Source: Vicinamibacterales bacterium (GTDB lineage: Bacteria; Acidobacteriota; Vicinamibacteria; Vicinamibacterales; UBA8438). From it: 64,000 nt of DNA. The stretch lies in the NCBI GenBank assembly GCA_965116765.1, contig OZ220718.1, positions 1,530,384 to 1,594,383 on the forward strand. Direction: 5' to 3'. This document shows, piece after piece, positions 16,883 to 26,863 of this stretch; position 1 is the stretch's first letter, and every line of letters starts with the position of its first letter. The notes under the pieces were generated by a model, which ran no database searches, was not told the origin of the DNA, and worked only from the letters and a program-made list of their open reading frames with translations. Made by a program: the position numbers and the translations under genes.

Positions 16883-19142
16883 TCAGAAGCGGAACGTGTA
16901 CTGGAGCTTGGTGGCCAGCCGCGAGTCCTGCCTCCGGAAAGCGCGGTAGCCCCGCTCGAGGTCGTGCACCCAGCCCTGGCCGAATACGAAGAAGAGGTCG
17001 TTTCCCGGCTCTATGGTCCAGTGCACGCGGCTCTGGAGGCCGAGGTTGCCCGATCGGTTGTCGAACTGTATCAGGTTGGAGAACGTGAGGAAGGGCGAGA
17101 CCGCGTAGTTCACCTCCGAGCTGTAGATGCGGGCGACGAAATCGCCTTCCGGCAGGCTGGCGAACGTCTGGTCGGCATTGAAGCTGACCAGGAAGTTGGG
17201 CGGGAGCTTGTAGCTGATGCCCGTCCGGAGCGACTGCGCGGTGCCCGACCAGTAGTTGCCGAACGTCAGGCCGACGCTGCCCTGCAGCCGCCGCTTCTGC
17301 GCCGACGTGAAGAAGATGCGCATGGGCATGAAGCGGTACTCGCCCACGGGAAGCACGACGCCGGGCGAGATCTCGAAGGGCTCGAACAGGCGCTCGTAGG
17401 TCGGGTTCAGGTCGAACAGGCTGTGCAGCGAGTCTCCCGAGTTGAAGTGCCAGTCGACCAGCGTGGCGTAGATGTCCCAGCTCTCGACCAGTCCGGTGTC
17501 GAGCCGGGTGAAGCGCGTGTAGAAGACGTCGTGGAACATCTGCTGAATGCCGGTCGACGGGTTCGGACGCGGGTTGAAGCTGCCGGCGACCCGGAGCATC
17601 CGCACGTTGCTGCGCTGAACGAAGCCGATCGCGGGGTCGAAGTTGTCCTGAATCTCCCGCCAGAGAATCTGCGCCTCGTACCGGTCGTTGGGATAGTGCG
17701 CCCCGAAGCCGAACGACGCGTTGTCGTCGGCGACGCCCTCGTTGTCGCTCCGGAGGCCGAAGGCGTTGAAGACCATGTTCTGACCGCGGCCCAGGAAATC
17801 GGACGTGGCCAGCCGCAGGTCCACGCCCACGGTGCTGCTCGAGAGCGGGGAAGCGGGATCGCCGTTCGTGAGAATGGCGCCCACGTACGACTGCTCCAGG
17901 AAGTTCCGCTTCAGGCGCCCGACGAGCAGGTTGCCGGCGTCGGCGGCCGCCACGCCGCGAGTGCGCACGTCGAGCATGCCGACCTCGGTCCTGCCGACCC
18001 GCCCGGTCAGCTTGGCGCCGTAGTCGATGGGCACCTCCTGCCCCCCGAGCAGGCCGATTCTCCGGCTGAAGAACGGAAAGATCTCGGCCCCGGTGCCGGG
18101 AATGCCGCCCGGCGGATCGATGCCGGTGGTGGCGAAGTTGAAGACGCCGGCGTCCTGCAGAAAGAACGTCCGCTTCTCGGGAAAGAAGATGGAGAAGCGC
18201 GTGAGATTGATCTGCCGCGCATCCACCTCGGTCTCGCCGAAGTCGGTGTTCGCGGTGAACGACAGCTTGAGGCTCGGGGTGATGTTGTAGAACAGGTCCA
18301 CGCCGGGCTTCCCTACGACCGTGTCGCCGCCGGTGTCCGGGCGCGGCCAGAGCCGCGCCATGAAGGGGCGGACGTCGAGCCCGGTACCCTGCTGCAGGCC
18401 TTCGAGGTTCGTGATCTGCCCCGCCTCGGAGATCTGGAAGAACTGCGTCTGGAAGCGCGCCCCCGTCCAGCGGTTCTCCTCCAGCTTCCGCTGAATCGTC
18501 CGGCTGATGTTGAAGCCCCAGACGGTCTCGCCGGCCGGAAAGCTCAGGGTCTTGAAGGGGATGGCGAACTCCGCGCTCCATCCCTGCGCCGGTCTGCGCC
18601 GTCCGCACGATCCAGATGCCGTCCCAGTCGTCGTTCGTCTCGCCGTTCGCGAACACCAGGCCGTCCACCATGGCCCCGGCCGGATTGGTGGCGAAGTGGA
18701 AGGCGTTGCTCTGGTCGCGGAACGTGTCGAGCACGATGGCGAGGCGGTCGTCGGCGTTCAGGCTCGCGTCGCGCGCCATCTGCGACGCCAGCACGCGGTC
18801 GGGCTCGGCGTCGTGGCACATGACGCCGATATAGAGGTTCTCCTCGTCGTAGAGCAGCCTGACCTCGGTCCTCTCGGTGGGCGCGGCGCCGGCCACGGGG
18901 ATTCTCTGGACCAGGTCGCCGATGGTGGGCGCCTGCCGCCACGCCGCCTCGTCCAGCGACCCGTCGATGACGATCTCCGAGGTGACCGCCGTCACGACGG
19001 CCGATCTGACCGGGTCCGTCTGGCTGGTCTGCTGGGAGGCGGCGACGCACGGAACGGACGCGACGATGCAGGACCAGACGCACGCTATCGCCAGCGCCCG
19101 GATCCGAAGTGGCGAATACCGCGGAGCCGGGAGGCTGTCCAT
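16883..19142 (-). pseudogene. CBM9-like/DUF5916-family outer-membrane-type protein with a single +1/-1 frameshift
   Basis: The N-terminal frame (signal peptide, DGSLDEAAW, DDWDGIWIVRTAQT) ends where a second frame begins (GWSAEFAIPFKTLSF..). The switch maps to the CCC run at 18582-18584. This could be a sequencing error. Confidence 0.7.
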
Positions 19143-19302
19143 CGGCTGTCCGGCGGGCCTGTGGGAATACCCCGGCACCGGGCGGAGTACAGCTCAGTTC
19201 GCCACGTTGCCCATCGGGTCCCCGCGCGGCCGGAAACGGTGAGGCGCGGCTTCCGGAGCCGGGCTGCAGGACCTCGCCGCGCGGCTTCCGCATGGGCGCC
19301 AA

Positions 19303-19456
19303 CCGTTGCCTTCGGCTCCGCTTGGCGCCCAACCAACCTTGCAAGGTCCGCGCCGTGCTGCGGCGACTCCTCGCGCGCCGACCGCCACCTTCGGCTCCGC
19401 CTGGCGCCCAACCAACCCTGCAGGGTCCGCGCCGTGCTACGGCTACGGCGCGGACC
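19303..19456. repeat. Two ~81-bp-spaced copies of an intergenic element plus a 12-bp-stem hairpin
   Basis: The core CGGCTCCGC-N5-CGCCCAACCAACC occurs at about 19309 and 19390. The hairpin GGTCCGCGCCGT-9 nt-ACGGCGCGGACC (19424-19456) lies just after the stop of the 19466-21328 gene. A third core copy is at about 47320. Confidence 0.6.
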
Positions 19457-19465
19457 CCTGGGGTC

Positions 19466-21328
19466 TCAGTCGGTGGCCGGCGGGAGCGCGAACACGTAGA
19501 GCGCGCTGCCCGCCCGGCGGAAGCGGGCGACCGCGTCGGGCTCGGCGTCGGGCGTGATCTGCACGCTGCCCGGGCGCTGGCTGCCGATGATGGCGACGTA
19601 CTGCCGGCCGTCGGGCCCGAGGTAGGTGATGGGCGAGTTCCGGAAGTTGGTCCCCGTCCGGAACGTCCAGAGGATGTCCCCGTTCCGGGCGTCGAACGCC
19701 CGCACCACGCCCTCGTTGGGGCCGCCCTGGAAGAGCAGGTCCCCGCCGGTGGCCATGACCGGCGCGTTGTTGGCGGTCGTGAACTGGACCCGCCAGACCG
19801 TCTCGCCCGCCACCGGATCGTTGGCCTGCAGCTCGTTGACGACCTCGGCGTTGGGCGGCTCCGGGGCGCGGCCGCCGCGCTCGCGGAGCGTGTAGTCGTT
19901 CCCGGGCACGTACTCGCCCGTGACCATTCTCAGGCGGTCGCAGCTGTTCGAGGTCGGGGTGTACACGAGTCCGGTGCGCGGGGAGTACGCGTCGTTCTGC
20001 CAGTTGCGGGCGGCGATGCCGGGGCACCAGCCGATGGCGACGTTCTCGGCGTCGGGCAGGTAGCGCTGCCGATCCTCGACGTCGGTGAACATCATCTTCG
20101 TCATGTCGTAGCGCGGACGGCCGGTCTCCATGTTGATGCCGTCGAAGATGTCGTTGTAGACGAACATCCAGGGCTCGAGGAGCATCTCGCCCGTCGCGCG
20201 ATCGAACACGTAGAAGTAGCCGTTCCTCGCCGGGCGGACCAGCGCCTTGCGCACCTCGCCGTCGATCTCGAGGTCGACGAGGAGGTTCACGTTGGGCTCG
20301 TCGAGGTCCCACTGGTCCTGGGGGGTCATGTTGTAGGCCCAGATCAGGTCGCCGGTGTCGGCGTCGCGGGCCAGGATGGACGCGCAGTAGTTGTTCCGGA
20401 AGCCGGTGAGGCCCCCGTCCTCGTCGAGCTCGACCACGCCCCACTCCCGGCGGTAGTCCGGGTTCCAGGGGGCGCAGTTGCTGGTGCCGTAGTAGAAGAG
20501 ATTGAGCTCGGCGTCGTAGGTGAACCAGCCCCAGACGGCGCCGCCGCCGCGCCGCCACGAGTCGCCGGACCAGGTGTCGAGGGCCGGGTTGTCGATCCGG
20601 TCGTCGGGATAGAAGGGGGCGAAGCGCGACCCGATGCCCACCTCGTTGTTCGGCCCCATGCTGTAGTAGCGCCACCGGAACCGGCCGTCGTCGAGGTTGT
20701 AGGCGGTGACGTGACCGCGGACGCCGCGCTCGCCGCCGGCCACGCCGACGATGACCTTGTCGCCGACCACCAGCGGCATGCCGGGGACCGTCTCGCCCGT
20801 CTCGACCGTCGCGTTCTCGGCCTGCCAGAGCTGCTCTCCGGTCTCCGCGTCGAGCGCGAACACCTGTCCGTCGAGGGTGGCGTAGAAGATGCGGCCGTCG
20901 TCATAGCCGAGGCCGCGGGTCTGCGCGCCGCAGCAGGCGCTCCGCCGCGTCAGCTCCGAGTCGGCGATCTCGGGCCGGAACTCCCACTTGATGAAGCCGT
21001 CCCGGGCGAGGTCGAGCGCGTAGACGTAGTTCGGCTCCGGGGTGACGATGTACATCGTGTCGCCGATGACGAGCGGCGAGGCCTCGTACGAATCGTGGAC
21101 GCCGAGCTGCATCGTCCACGCCATGGTGAGCTGACCGACGTTGTCGACGTCGATCTGATCGAGCGGGCTGTAGTTCCAGCCCGCGTAGTTGGCGTTCGGC
21201 ATCACCCACTGCGCCGGGTCGCCCGCCGCGCCCTCCTGGGCGGCCGCGGCCGCCGGTACGGCGAGAACGCACAGCAGCGACAGGAGCGGAATCGACATCC
21301 AGCCGCTCCGGTTGGTAGACAGACTCAT
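19466..21328 (-). CDS. PQQ-dependent methanol/ethanol dehydrogenase-family quinoprotein (XoxF/ExaA-like)
   Basis: 620 aa with a signal peptide. It has the vicinal disulfide motif SACCGAQTRG, W..YSPLDQI, WDLDEPNVNLL and C-terminal propeller repeats. Confidence 0.9.
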   Translation of the reverse strand: MSLSTNRSGWMSIPLLSLLCVLAVPAAAAAQEGAAGDPAQWVMPNANYAGWNYSPLDQIDVDNVGQLTMAWTMQLGVHDSYEASPLVIGDTMYIVTPEPNYVYALDLARDGFIKWEFRPEIADSELTRRSACCGAQTRGLGYDDGRIFYATLDGQVFALDAETGEQLWQAENATVETGETVPGMPLVVGDKVIVGVAGGERGVRGHVTAYNLDDGRFRWRYYSMGPNNEVGIGSRFAPFYPDDRIDNPALDTWSGDSWRRGGGAVWGWFTYDAELNLFYYGTSNCAPWNPDYRREWGVVELDEDGGLTGFRNNYCASILARDADTGDLIWAYNMTPQDQWDLDEPNVNLLVDLEIDGEVRKALVRPARNGYFYVFDRATGEMLLEPWMFVYNDIFDGINMETGRPRYDMTKMMFTDVEDRQRYLPDAENVAIGWCPGIAARNWQNDAYSPRTGLVYTPTSNSCDRLRMVTGEYVPGNDYTLRERGGRAPEPPNAEVVNELQANDPVAGETVWRVQFTTANNAPVMATGGDLLFQGGPNEGVVRAFDARNGDILWTFRTGTNFRNSPITYLGPDGRQYVAIIGSQRPGSVQITPDAEPDAVARFRRAGSALYVFALPPATD

Positions 21329-21386
21329 CGTGCACTCCTTGGTTGGCAGCCCGCGGCGTAAGTCCCCACCCCCGCGGCGCAGACTC

Positions 21387-22061
21387 CTAGAACGGATAAC
21401 CCGGAAGCCTCCGCGACCGGGGCTCCCAATCCGGCAGCGGCGCCCAGCCGTCGCGATTCGGCATCTCGACCTTCGGCAGGCTCTCGGCGTCGAGCACCAG
21501 GTCCTCCGCGATGACCTCGTTCCTGAACAGCAGGAACGCGGTCAGCGCGTACACCTGGTCGGCGGTCAGCGACCCCTCCTGGTAGAGCGGCATGCCGCGA
21601 TTGATGTAGTCCCAGACCGTCGTCGCGTACGGCGAGCGGTACGGCAGTATGCGCCCCGCCGCCCACGGATCGACGTCCGATCCCGGCTCGCTCTTCACCA
21701 GCCGGGGGGCTCGCCGGGGAGCCCGGCCGCCTTCCAGCTCCCTGCCGTGGCAGCCCGCGCAACGTATCCGGTAGATGCGCTCCCCTTCCCCGGCGGTGCC
21801 GCTCCCCGGCGGGAGCTCCTCGCCGGCGGGGCCGACGGAGATGTCCCAGGCACGAAGCTCCTCCGGGGTGGGGGTCCGCCCCACGCCGTAGGTGGGCCCC
21901 TGCGCCAGCGCGACGCCCGCCGTCAGCATCGCCAGCGCGCAGACCCCAAGTGCGCTGACGAGACGGGCCCTGCCGCCTGCCGGGCGTCCCACCCCGCACA
22001 ACCGGCTGTCGCCGGGTGCGGCCGGCAACTTCACAGCGCTCACCGTCCTAAGCGCGCCCAT
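21387..22061 (-). CDS. Monohaem c-type cytochrome (SoxD/SorB-like)
   Basis: 224 aa with a signal peptide and a single CAGCH haem-binding motif. It overlaps the upstream molybdoenzyme gene by 14 nt. Confidence 0.85.
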   Translation of the reverse strand: MGALRTVSAVKLPAAPGDSRLCGVGRPAGGRARLVSALGVCALAMLTAGVALAQGPTYGVGRTPTPEELRAWDISVGPAGEELPPGSGTAGEGERIYRIRCAGCHGRELEGGRAPRRAPRLVKSEPGSDVDPWAAGRILPYRSPYATTVWDYINRGMPLYQEGSLTADQVYALTAFLLFRNEVIAEDLVLDAESLPKVEMPNRDGWAPLPDWEPRSRRLPGYPF

Positions 22062-23301
22062 TGCTGACGCTCCCGTCGCCGGCGACCCGCCACGGCTGGA
22101 TGGTGTTGTCGAGGCCCGGCACGCCGGCGGACGGATCGCCGGGCCGGCCGAAGTGCTCGGCGACCTGCGCCTGCAACGGCTGCACCTGGCCCACCTCGTC
22201 CGTGCAGCGCGACATGAGCACGGTCTCCCGGCCGTCCCAGCTCCACTGATGGCGGAACCGGGTGTGCGCCATGCGGTGCGCCGTCCCCTGAATCTCGGCC
22301 TCGCTCCAGCTCTGGCCGCCGTCGGTGGACACGTCCACCCGGCTGACGGCGCCCCCGCCGGACCACGCCAGGCCGGAGACTTCGTAGAATCCGGGACCGG
22401 GCAGCCGCTGGCCCCCGGAGGGGCGCGTGATGACCGACTTGGGCCCGACCTGGTAGCCCAGCGCGGCGCGCGTCGCGTCCCGGCTGAGGTGCCCGTAGTC
22501 GTTGTAGTTCAGGTAGTACTCGTCGGTCACCTTGATGCGCCGGAGGTACTTCGTGTTGAAGATGCCCTCGAAGCCGGGAATCAGCAGGCGCAACGGGAAC
22601 CCGTTCTGGGGACGCACCGGCTCGCCGTTCATGCCGTAGGCGACGATGCAGTCGTCCATGGCCTTGGCCAGCGGAAAGCTCGACGCGCCCTTGACGTTCT
22701 CGGTCCCCTCCGCGACGACCCAGGCCGCCCCGTCCTTGACGCCGGCCTCCTCGAGCAGCGTGGACAGGAGCACTCCGGTCCACTCGGCGCAGCTGGTCAT
22801 CCCGTGCGTCTCCTGCACGTCCTTGTGCGTGCTTCTCGCCCGGTTCCCCGCGCACTCGATGAAGTGCAGGCGGGTCACCGACGGGAGACGCTTCAGGTCC
22901 TCCATGGTGAAGATCAGCGGACGCTCCACCATGCCGTGGATCATCAGGCGGTGCTCGGCGGGATCGATGTCCGGCATGAGGGAGCCGCGGGTGGTCCCCA
23001 CGAAGTGGAGCGACGACGGCGTGATCACGCCCACCGAATCCTGGAGCGGCGCCGCCACGTGGAACACGAGCCCGAACGAGTCGGGAGACTCCCGGCCGCC
23101 CGGCGGGTGCGGTATGCGCACCGAGGTCACGAAACGGGAGCGCTCGCCGTAGGCGATCATGTCCGGCTCGCCCCTGACGTACCGCTCCGGCTCCGGCGGC
23201 GCCTGGCCGAGAGCCGGCTCCGCCGCTCCCACCGTCAGGCCGCCCGCCAACGCGGCGCCGCCCCGCAGGAATTCCCGACGATCAGGTCGTTTCGCAGCCA
23301 T
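22048..23301 (-). CDS. Sulfite-oxidase-family molybdopterin oxidoreductase (SoxC/SorA-like), Tat-exported
   Basis: 417 aa. It has the twin-arginine signal RREFLRG and the molybdenum-ligand Cys context FIECAGNRA, followed by a C-terminal dimerisation/Ig-like part. Confidence 0.9.
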   Translation of the reverse strand: MAAKRPDRREFLRGGAALAGGLTVGAAEPALGQAPPEPERYVRGEPDMIAYGERSRFVTSVRIPHPPGGRESPDSFGLVFHVAAPLQDSVGVITPSSLHFVGTTRGSLMPDIDPAEHRLMIHGMVERPLIFTMEDLKRLPSVTRLHFIECAGNRARSTHKDVQETHGMTSCAEWTGVLLSTLLEEAGVKDGAAWVVAEGTENVKGASSFPLAKAMDDCIVAYGMNGEPVRPQNGFPLRLLIPGFEGIFNTKYLRRIKVTDEYYLNYNDYGHLSRDATRAALGYQVGPKSVITRPSGGQRLPGPGFYEVSGLAWSGGGAVSRVDVSTDGGQSWSEAEIQGTAHRMAHTRFRHQWSWDGRETVLMSRCTDEVGQVQPLQAQVAEHFGRPGDPSAGVPGLDNTIQPWRVAGDGSVSNGRA

Positions 23302-23468
23302 GGATCTCTCCTTCGCAGCCTGGGGTCACCCGCAAATCGCCTACCGCAGCCGGCAGTATACCCCGGCAGCCCGCGATGGAACCCCACGTTGCACCGGGAG
23401 CGGCGAGGCGCCCGCCCGACAAGGCCTGAGGAGAGCAGGATAGAATCGCCCCATTCGACCTCCTGGAG

Positions 23469-25436
23469 ATGACGATGCCGAACACGGCCACGCCGACAGT
23501 CCGGGCATTCCTGGCCGCCACCGGCCTCCTCGGGGCCGTCCTTCTCGGGGCGGCATCCGCCCTGGGGCAACAGGGTGCGGCCGGCGGCGAGTGGAGCAGC
23601 TACGCCGGCGAGGCGGGCGGCACGAAGTACTCGCCGCTCGACCAGATTCACGCCGGCAACGTGCAGGACCTCCGCGTCGCCTGGCGGTGGCGCTCGGTCG
23701 ACCACGAGCTGGCCGATGCCGACCCCGACCTGCGGTTCAATCCGATGCTGCTGGCCACGCCGCTGATGGTCGGCGGACGGCTCCTGATGAGCACCAACCT
23801 GGGCCAGGCGGCCGCCATCGACCCCACCTCGGGCGAAACGACGTGGGTCTACCGGGCTCTCGACGACGGCGCGGGGCGGCCCCGCGGCGGTCCCACCCGC
23901 GGCGTCGGCTACTGGCACGACCCGGAGCGCGACGACGAGCGGGTCTTCGTCGTGAGCGGCGAGCAGCTCGTGGCCCTCGACGCGAGGACCGGCGACCCGC
24001 TGCGGGAGTTCGGGACCGGCGGCAAGGTCGACCTCGCCGCCGGCGTGCCCCACCTCGAGGAGTACCGCTGGACGGCGGCGCCGCTCATCTGCCGCGACAC
24101 CGTCATCGTCGGCATCTTCACCACCGACCAGTTCGACCGCAGGGACCAGGCGCCCGGCTACATCCGCGGCTACGACGCCGTCACGGGTCGGCTGAAGTGG
24201 CGCTTCAACACCATCCCGCAGCCGGGCGAGCTCGGGCACGAGACGTGGGAGGACGGATCGTGGGAGCACACGGGCGCGAGCAACGTCTGGACCGTCGCGA
24301 GCGCCGACGAGGAGCTGGGCTACGCCTACCTGCCGACCGCCACCCCGACCCACAACTGGTACGGGGGGCACCGTCCCGGCGACAACCTGTTCGCGGAGAC
24401 GCTGCTCTGCCTGGAGTGCGAGACGGGACGCCGCGTGTGGCACTACCAGCTGGTGCACCACGGCGTCTGGGACTACGACACCGGGTCGACGCCGATCCTG
24501 GCCGACATCACCGTCGACGGCCGGCCGATCAAGGCGGTCGTGCAGGTGACCAAGCAGGCGTTCGCGTACGTCTTCGACCGGGTGACCGGCGAGCCGGTCT
24601 GGCCCATCGAGGAGCGGCCCGTGCCGCAGTCGGACGTCCCCGGCGAGCGGACGTCGCCGACCCAGCCCTTCCCGACCCGGCCCGCGGCGTTCGACCGGCA
24701 GGGCATCACCGTCGACGACCTGATCGACTTCACGCCGGAGCTTCGGGCAGAGGCCCTGGAGATCTTCAACCGCTACCGCTCGGGGCCGATCTTCACGCCC
24801 CCGTCGCTGCGTGACGAGTCGCCGGGCGGCACCCTCGGCACGCTCCAGCTTCCCGGCTGGGTCGGCGGCGCCAACTGGAACGGGGCCGCCTACGACCCCG
24901 AGACGCAGATGCTCTACGTGCCGTCGATCACGGCGCCGATCCGAATCTGGCTGCGCGAGGCGCCCGACGACTCGCCGTTCCGCTACCTGCAGGGACCGGC
25001 CAGCGTGTGGATCGACGGGCCGCGGGGGCTGCCGCTGGTCAAGCCGCCGTGGGGACGCATCACCGCCATCGACCTCAACACCGGCGAGCACGTCTGGATG
25101 GTGCCGAACGGGCCGGGTCCGCGCGACCACATCGCGCTGCAGGACCTCGCGCTCCCGTGGCTCGGCGCTCCCGGGCGGGCGGCGCCGCTGCTGACGAGGA
25201 CGCTCCTCTTCCTCGGCGACGGCTCGCGGTCGATGCAGGTCGTCCCGCCCCTCGGGGGCGGACGGATGTTCCGCGCCTACGACAAGGCGACCGGCCGCGT
25301 GCTGTGGCAGACCGAGCTTCCCGCCGGCGTCTCCGGCGCGCCGATGACCTACCTGCACGACGGCACGCAGTACGTGGTGGTCGCCATCAGCGCGCGCGAT
25401 CACGACGGCGAGCTCGTCGCCTTCGCCGTGCAGTGA
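23469..25436 (+). CDS. Soluble PQQ-dependent dehydrogenase of the glucose/quinate/shikimate-dehydrogenase type
   Basis: 655 aa with a signal peptide. Motifs are KYSPLDQI, HHGVWDYD, and repeated propeller W-motifs. Confidence 0.9.
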   Translation: MTMPNTATPTVRAFLAATGLLGAVLLGAASALGQQGAAGGEWSSYAGEAGGTKYSPLDQIHAGNVQDLRVAWRWRSVDHELADADPDLRFNPMLLATPLMVGGRLLMSTNLGQAAAIDPTSGETTWVYRALDDGAGRPRGGPTRGVGYWHDPERDDERVFVVSGEQLVALDARTGDPLREFGTGGKVDLAAGVPHLEEYRWTAAPLICRDTVIVGIFTTDQFDRRDQAPGYIRGYDAVTGRLKWRFNTIPQPGELGHETWEDGSWEHTGASNVWTVASADEELGYAYLPTATPTHNWYGGHRPGDNLFAETLLCLECETGRRVWHYQLVHHGVWDYDTGSTPILADITVDGRPIKAVVQVTKQAFAYVFDRVTGEPVWPIEERPVPQSDVPGERTSPTQPFPTRPAAFDRQGITVDDLIDFTPELRAEALEIFNRYRSGPIFTPPSLRDESPGGTLGTLQLPGWVGGANWNGAAYDPETQMLYVPSITAPIRIWLREAPDDSPFRYLQGPASVWIDGPRGLPLVKPPWGRITAIDLNTGEHVWMVPNGPGPRDHIALQDLALPWLGAPGRAAPLLTRTLLFLGDGSRSMQVVPPLGGGRMFRAYDKATGRVLWQTELPAGVSGAPMTYLHDGTQYVVVAISARDHDGELVAFAVQ

Positions 25437-25552
25437 CCCCGCCTCCGCGGGCGCTGCGCGCGGTCTTGCGGCGGCGACGACGGTCCCGGTGTCACTTCAG
25501 GAGAGCGCATGTCTACGAACCCGCCCTCGCCCCGGGCCGGGTGCCGTCCGCC

Positions 25553-26863
25553 TCAGTGGACGTACGTGCTGCGCACGAGCACGCGCCCGCCCCGCCGCAG
25601 CTTCACGTCGATGGCATGGGACCCGGGCTCGAGGTCGGGCGCCCGGGTGAACAGCACGTAGCGCACGCCGCTGACCGCGGTCGCCATCTGCTCGACGGCG
25701 AGCCGTGGATTGTGGCTCGTCAGGAACAACCCGCCGGTGTGCCGGGACAGGTCGCGCAGGGCGGACTCGAAGGTGACGAAGAAGGGGGTCACGTCGAGCG
25801 AGAACACGGCGGCGCGGGCCGCGTCGAGGGCGCCGAGGGCCCGATAGTAGCGGATGAAGCCGTGCTCGAAGCCGTAGCCAATCAGGACCACCGACTTCGA
25901 CCCCGGCATGGACTCGAGCACCTCGCCGAGCCGCCGGAGTGCGTCCTCGACGTACCAGATCTTCCGCCCCTCGGCCTGATCGATGCCCGCCACGATCGAG
26001 AGCCCCGCCTGCGGCTCGAGCGCCGGCGGATCCTCGTGCATCACGTCCCAGGCGAGCACGTCGCGCGCGCGCTCGAAGTCGGCGGTGAAGTCGAGCCAGA
26101 GCTTGAAGTGGTGCTCGAACGAGACCACCGCCACCCGGTCGTCCGGCCCCACCCCCGCCAGCAGCCGGTCGCTGTCCTGCAGCACCCGCAGCAGCCCCAG
26201 CGCCCGGTTCGCCTCCAGGCTCTTCTGCACGAAGAACACCACGAGCTGCCCGCGGTCGTCCGACGGGAGGGCGGCGGTGAGGTCGGTCGAGGGCAGGGGC
26301 GCCCAATCGGGCTCGTCCGCGTCGAGCCACGCCGGCTCGACGTCGACCAGCTCGCCCGTCCACGCCTCGAAGTCGTCCGAGGGCAGGGGCACCCAGCCGG
26401 ACTCGTCTTCGTCGGGCCACAGCGCCGACTCGATGCCGCCCGGCTCGCCGCCGCCGGTCCACACCTCGACCTCGTCCGAGGGCAGGAACGCTGCCTCGCG
26501 GTTCGAAGGCAGGAACGCCCCATCGCGCCCGCCTGCGCCGAGCCGCTGCGCCGACTCGACGTCGACCGGCTCGCCGCCGATCCGCACCTCGAAGTCGTCC
26601 GGCCGGAGCCCCTCCATCGGCCCGCCCTCGTCGCCGAGGACCCGCACGTCGATCAGGACGCGCGAGACGTCGACCCGCTCGATCACCACCGGCTGCTGCT
26701 GGGCGGCGTGTCCGACCGCGGCGGAGAACAGCATCGCCGCCGCCCACCAACCGCGCCGGCCGCCGATTCCCCTGACTGGCCACGGGGGCCGCGGATCCCG
26801 CGCCACTCGCCGATGCGTCCGCGCCTCCCGCCACCGGGCGCGCACCGCGTACGTCAACTTCAT
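25553..26863 (-). CDS. VWA-domain protein (resembles the Acidobacteria-type VWFA family) with an acidic repeat insertion
   Basis: The N-terminal motif VVIERVDVSRVLIDVRV..GL.PDDFEV is followed by a VWA-like fold (VVFFVQKS..VVSFE). An insertion carries four LPS[DNT] repeats. The start codon is uncertain (26863 or 26920). Confidence 0.75.
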   Translation of the reverse strand: MKLTYAVRARWREARTHRRVARDPRPPWPVRGIGGRRGWWAAAMLFSAAVGHAAQQQPVVIERVDVSRVLIDVRVLGDEGGPMEGLRPDDFEVRIGGEPVDVESAQRLGAGGRDGAFLPSNREAAFLPSDEVEVWTGGGEPGGIESALWPDEDESGWVPLPSDDFEAWTGELVDVEPAWLDADEPDWAPLPSTDLTAALPSDDRGQLVVFFVQKSLEANRALGLLRVLQDSDRLLAGVGPDDRVAVVSFEHHFKLWLDFTADFERARDVLAWDVMHEDPPALEPQAGLSIVAGIDQAEGRKIWYVEDALRRLGEVLESMPGSKSVVLIGYGFEHGFIRYYRALGALDAARAAVFSLDVTPFFVTFESALRDLSRHTGGLFLTSHNPRLAVEQMATAVSGVRYVLFTRAPDLEPGSHAIDVKLRRGGRVLVRSTYVH

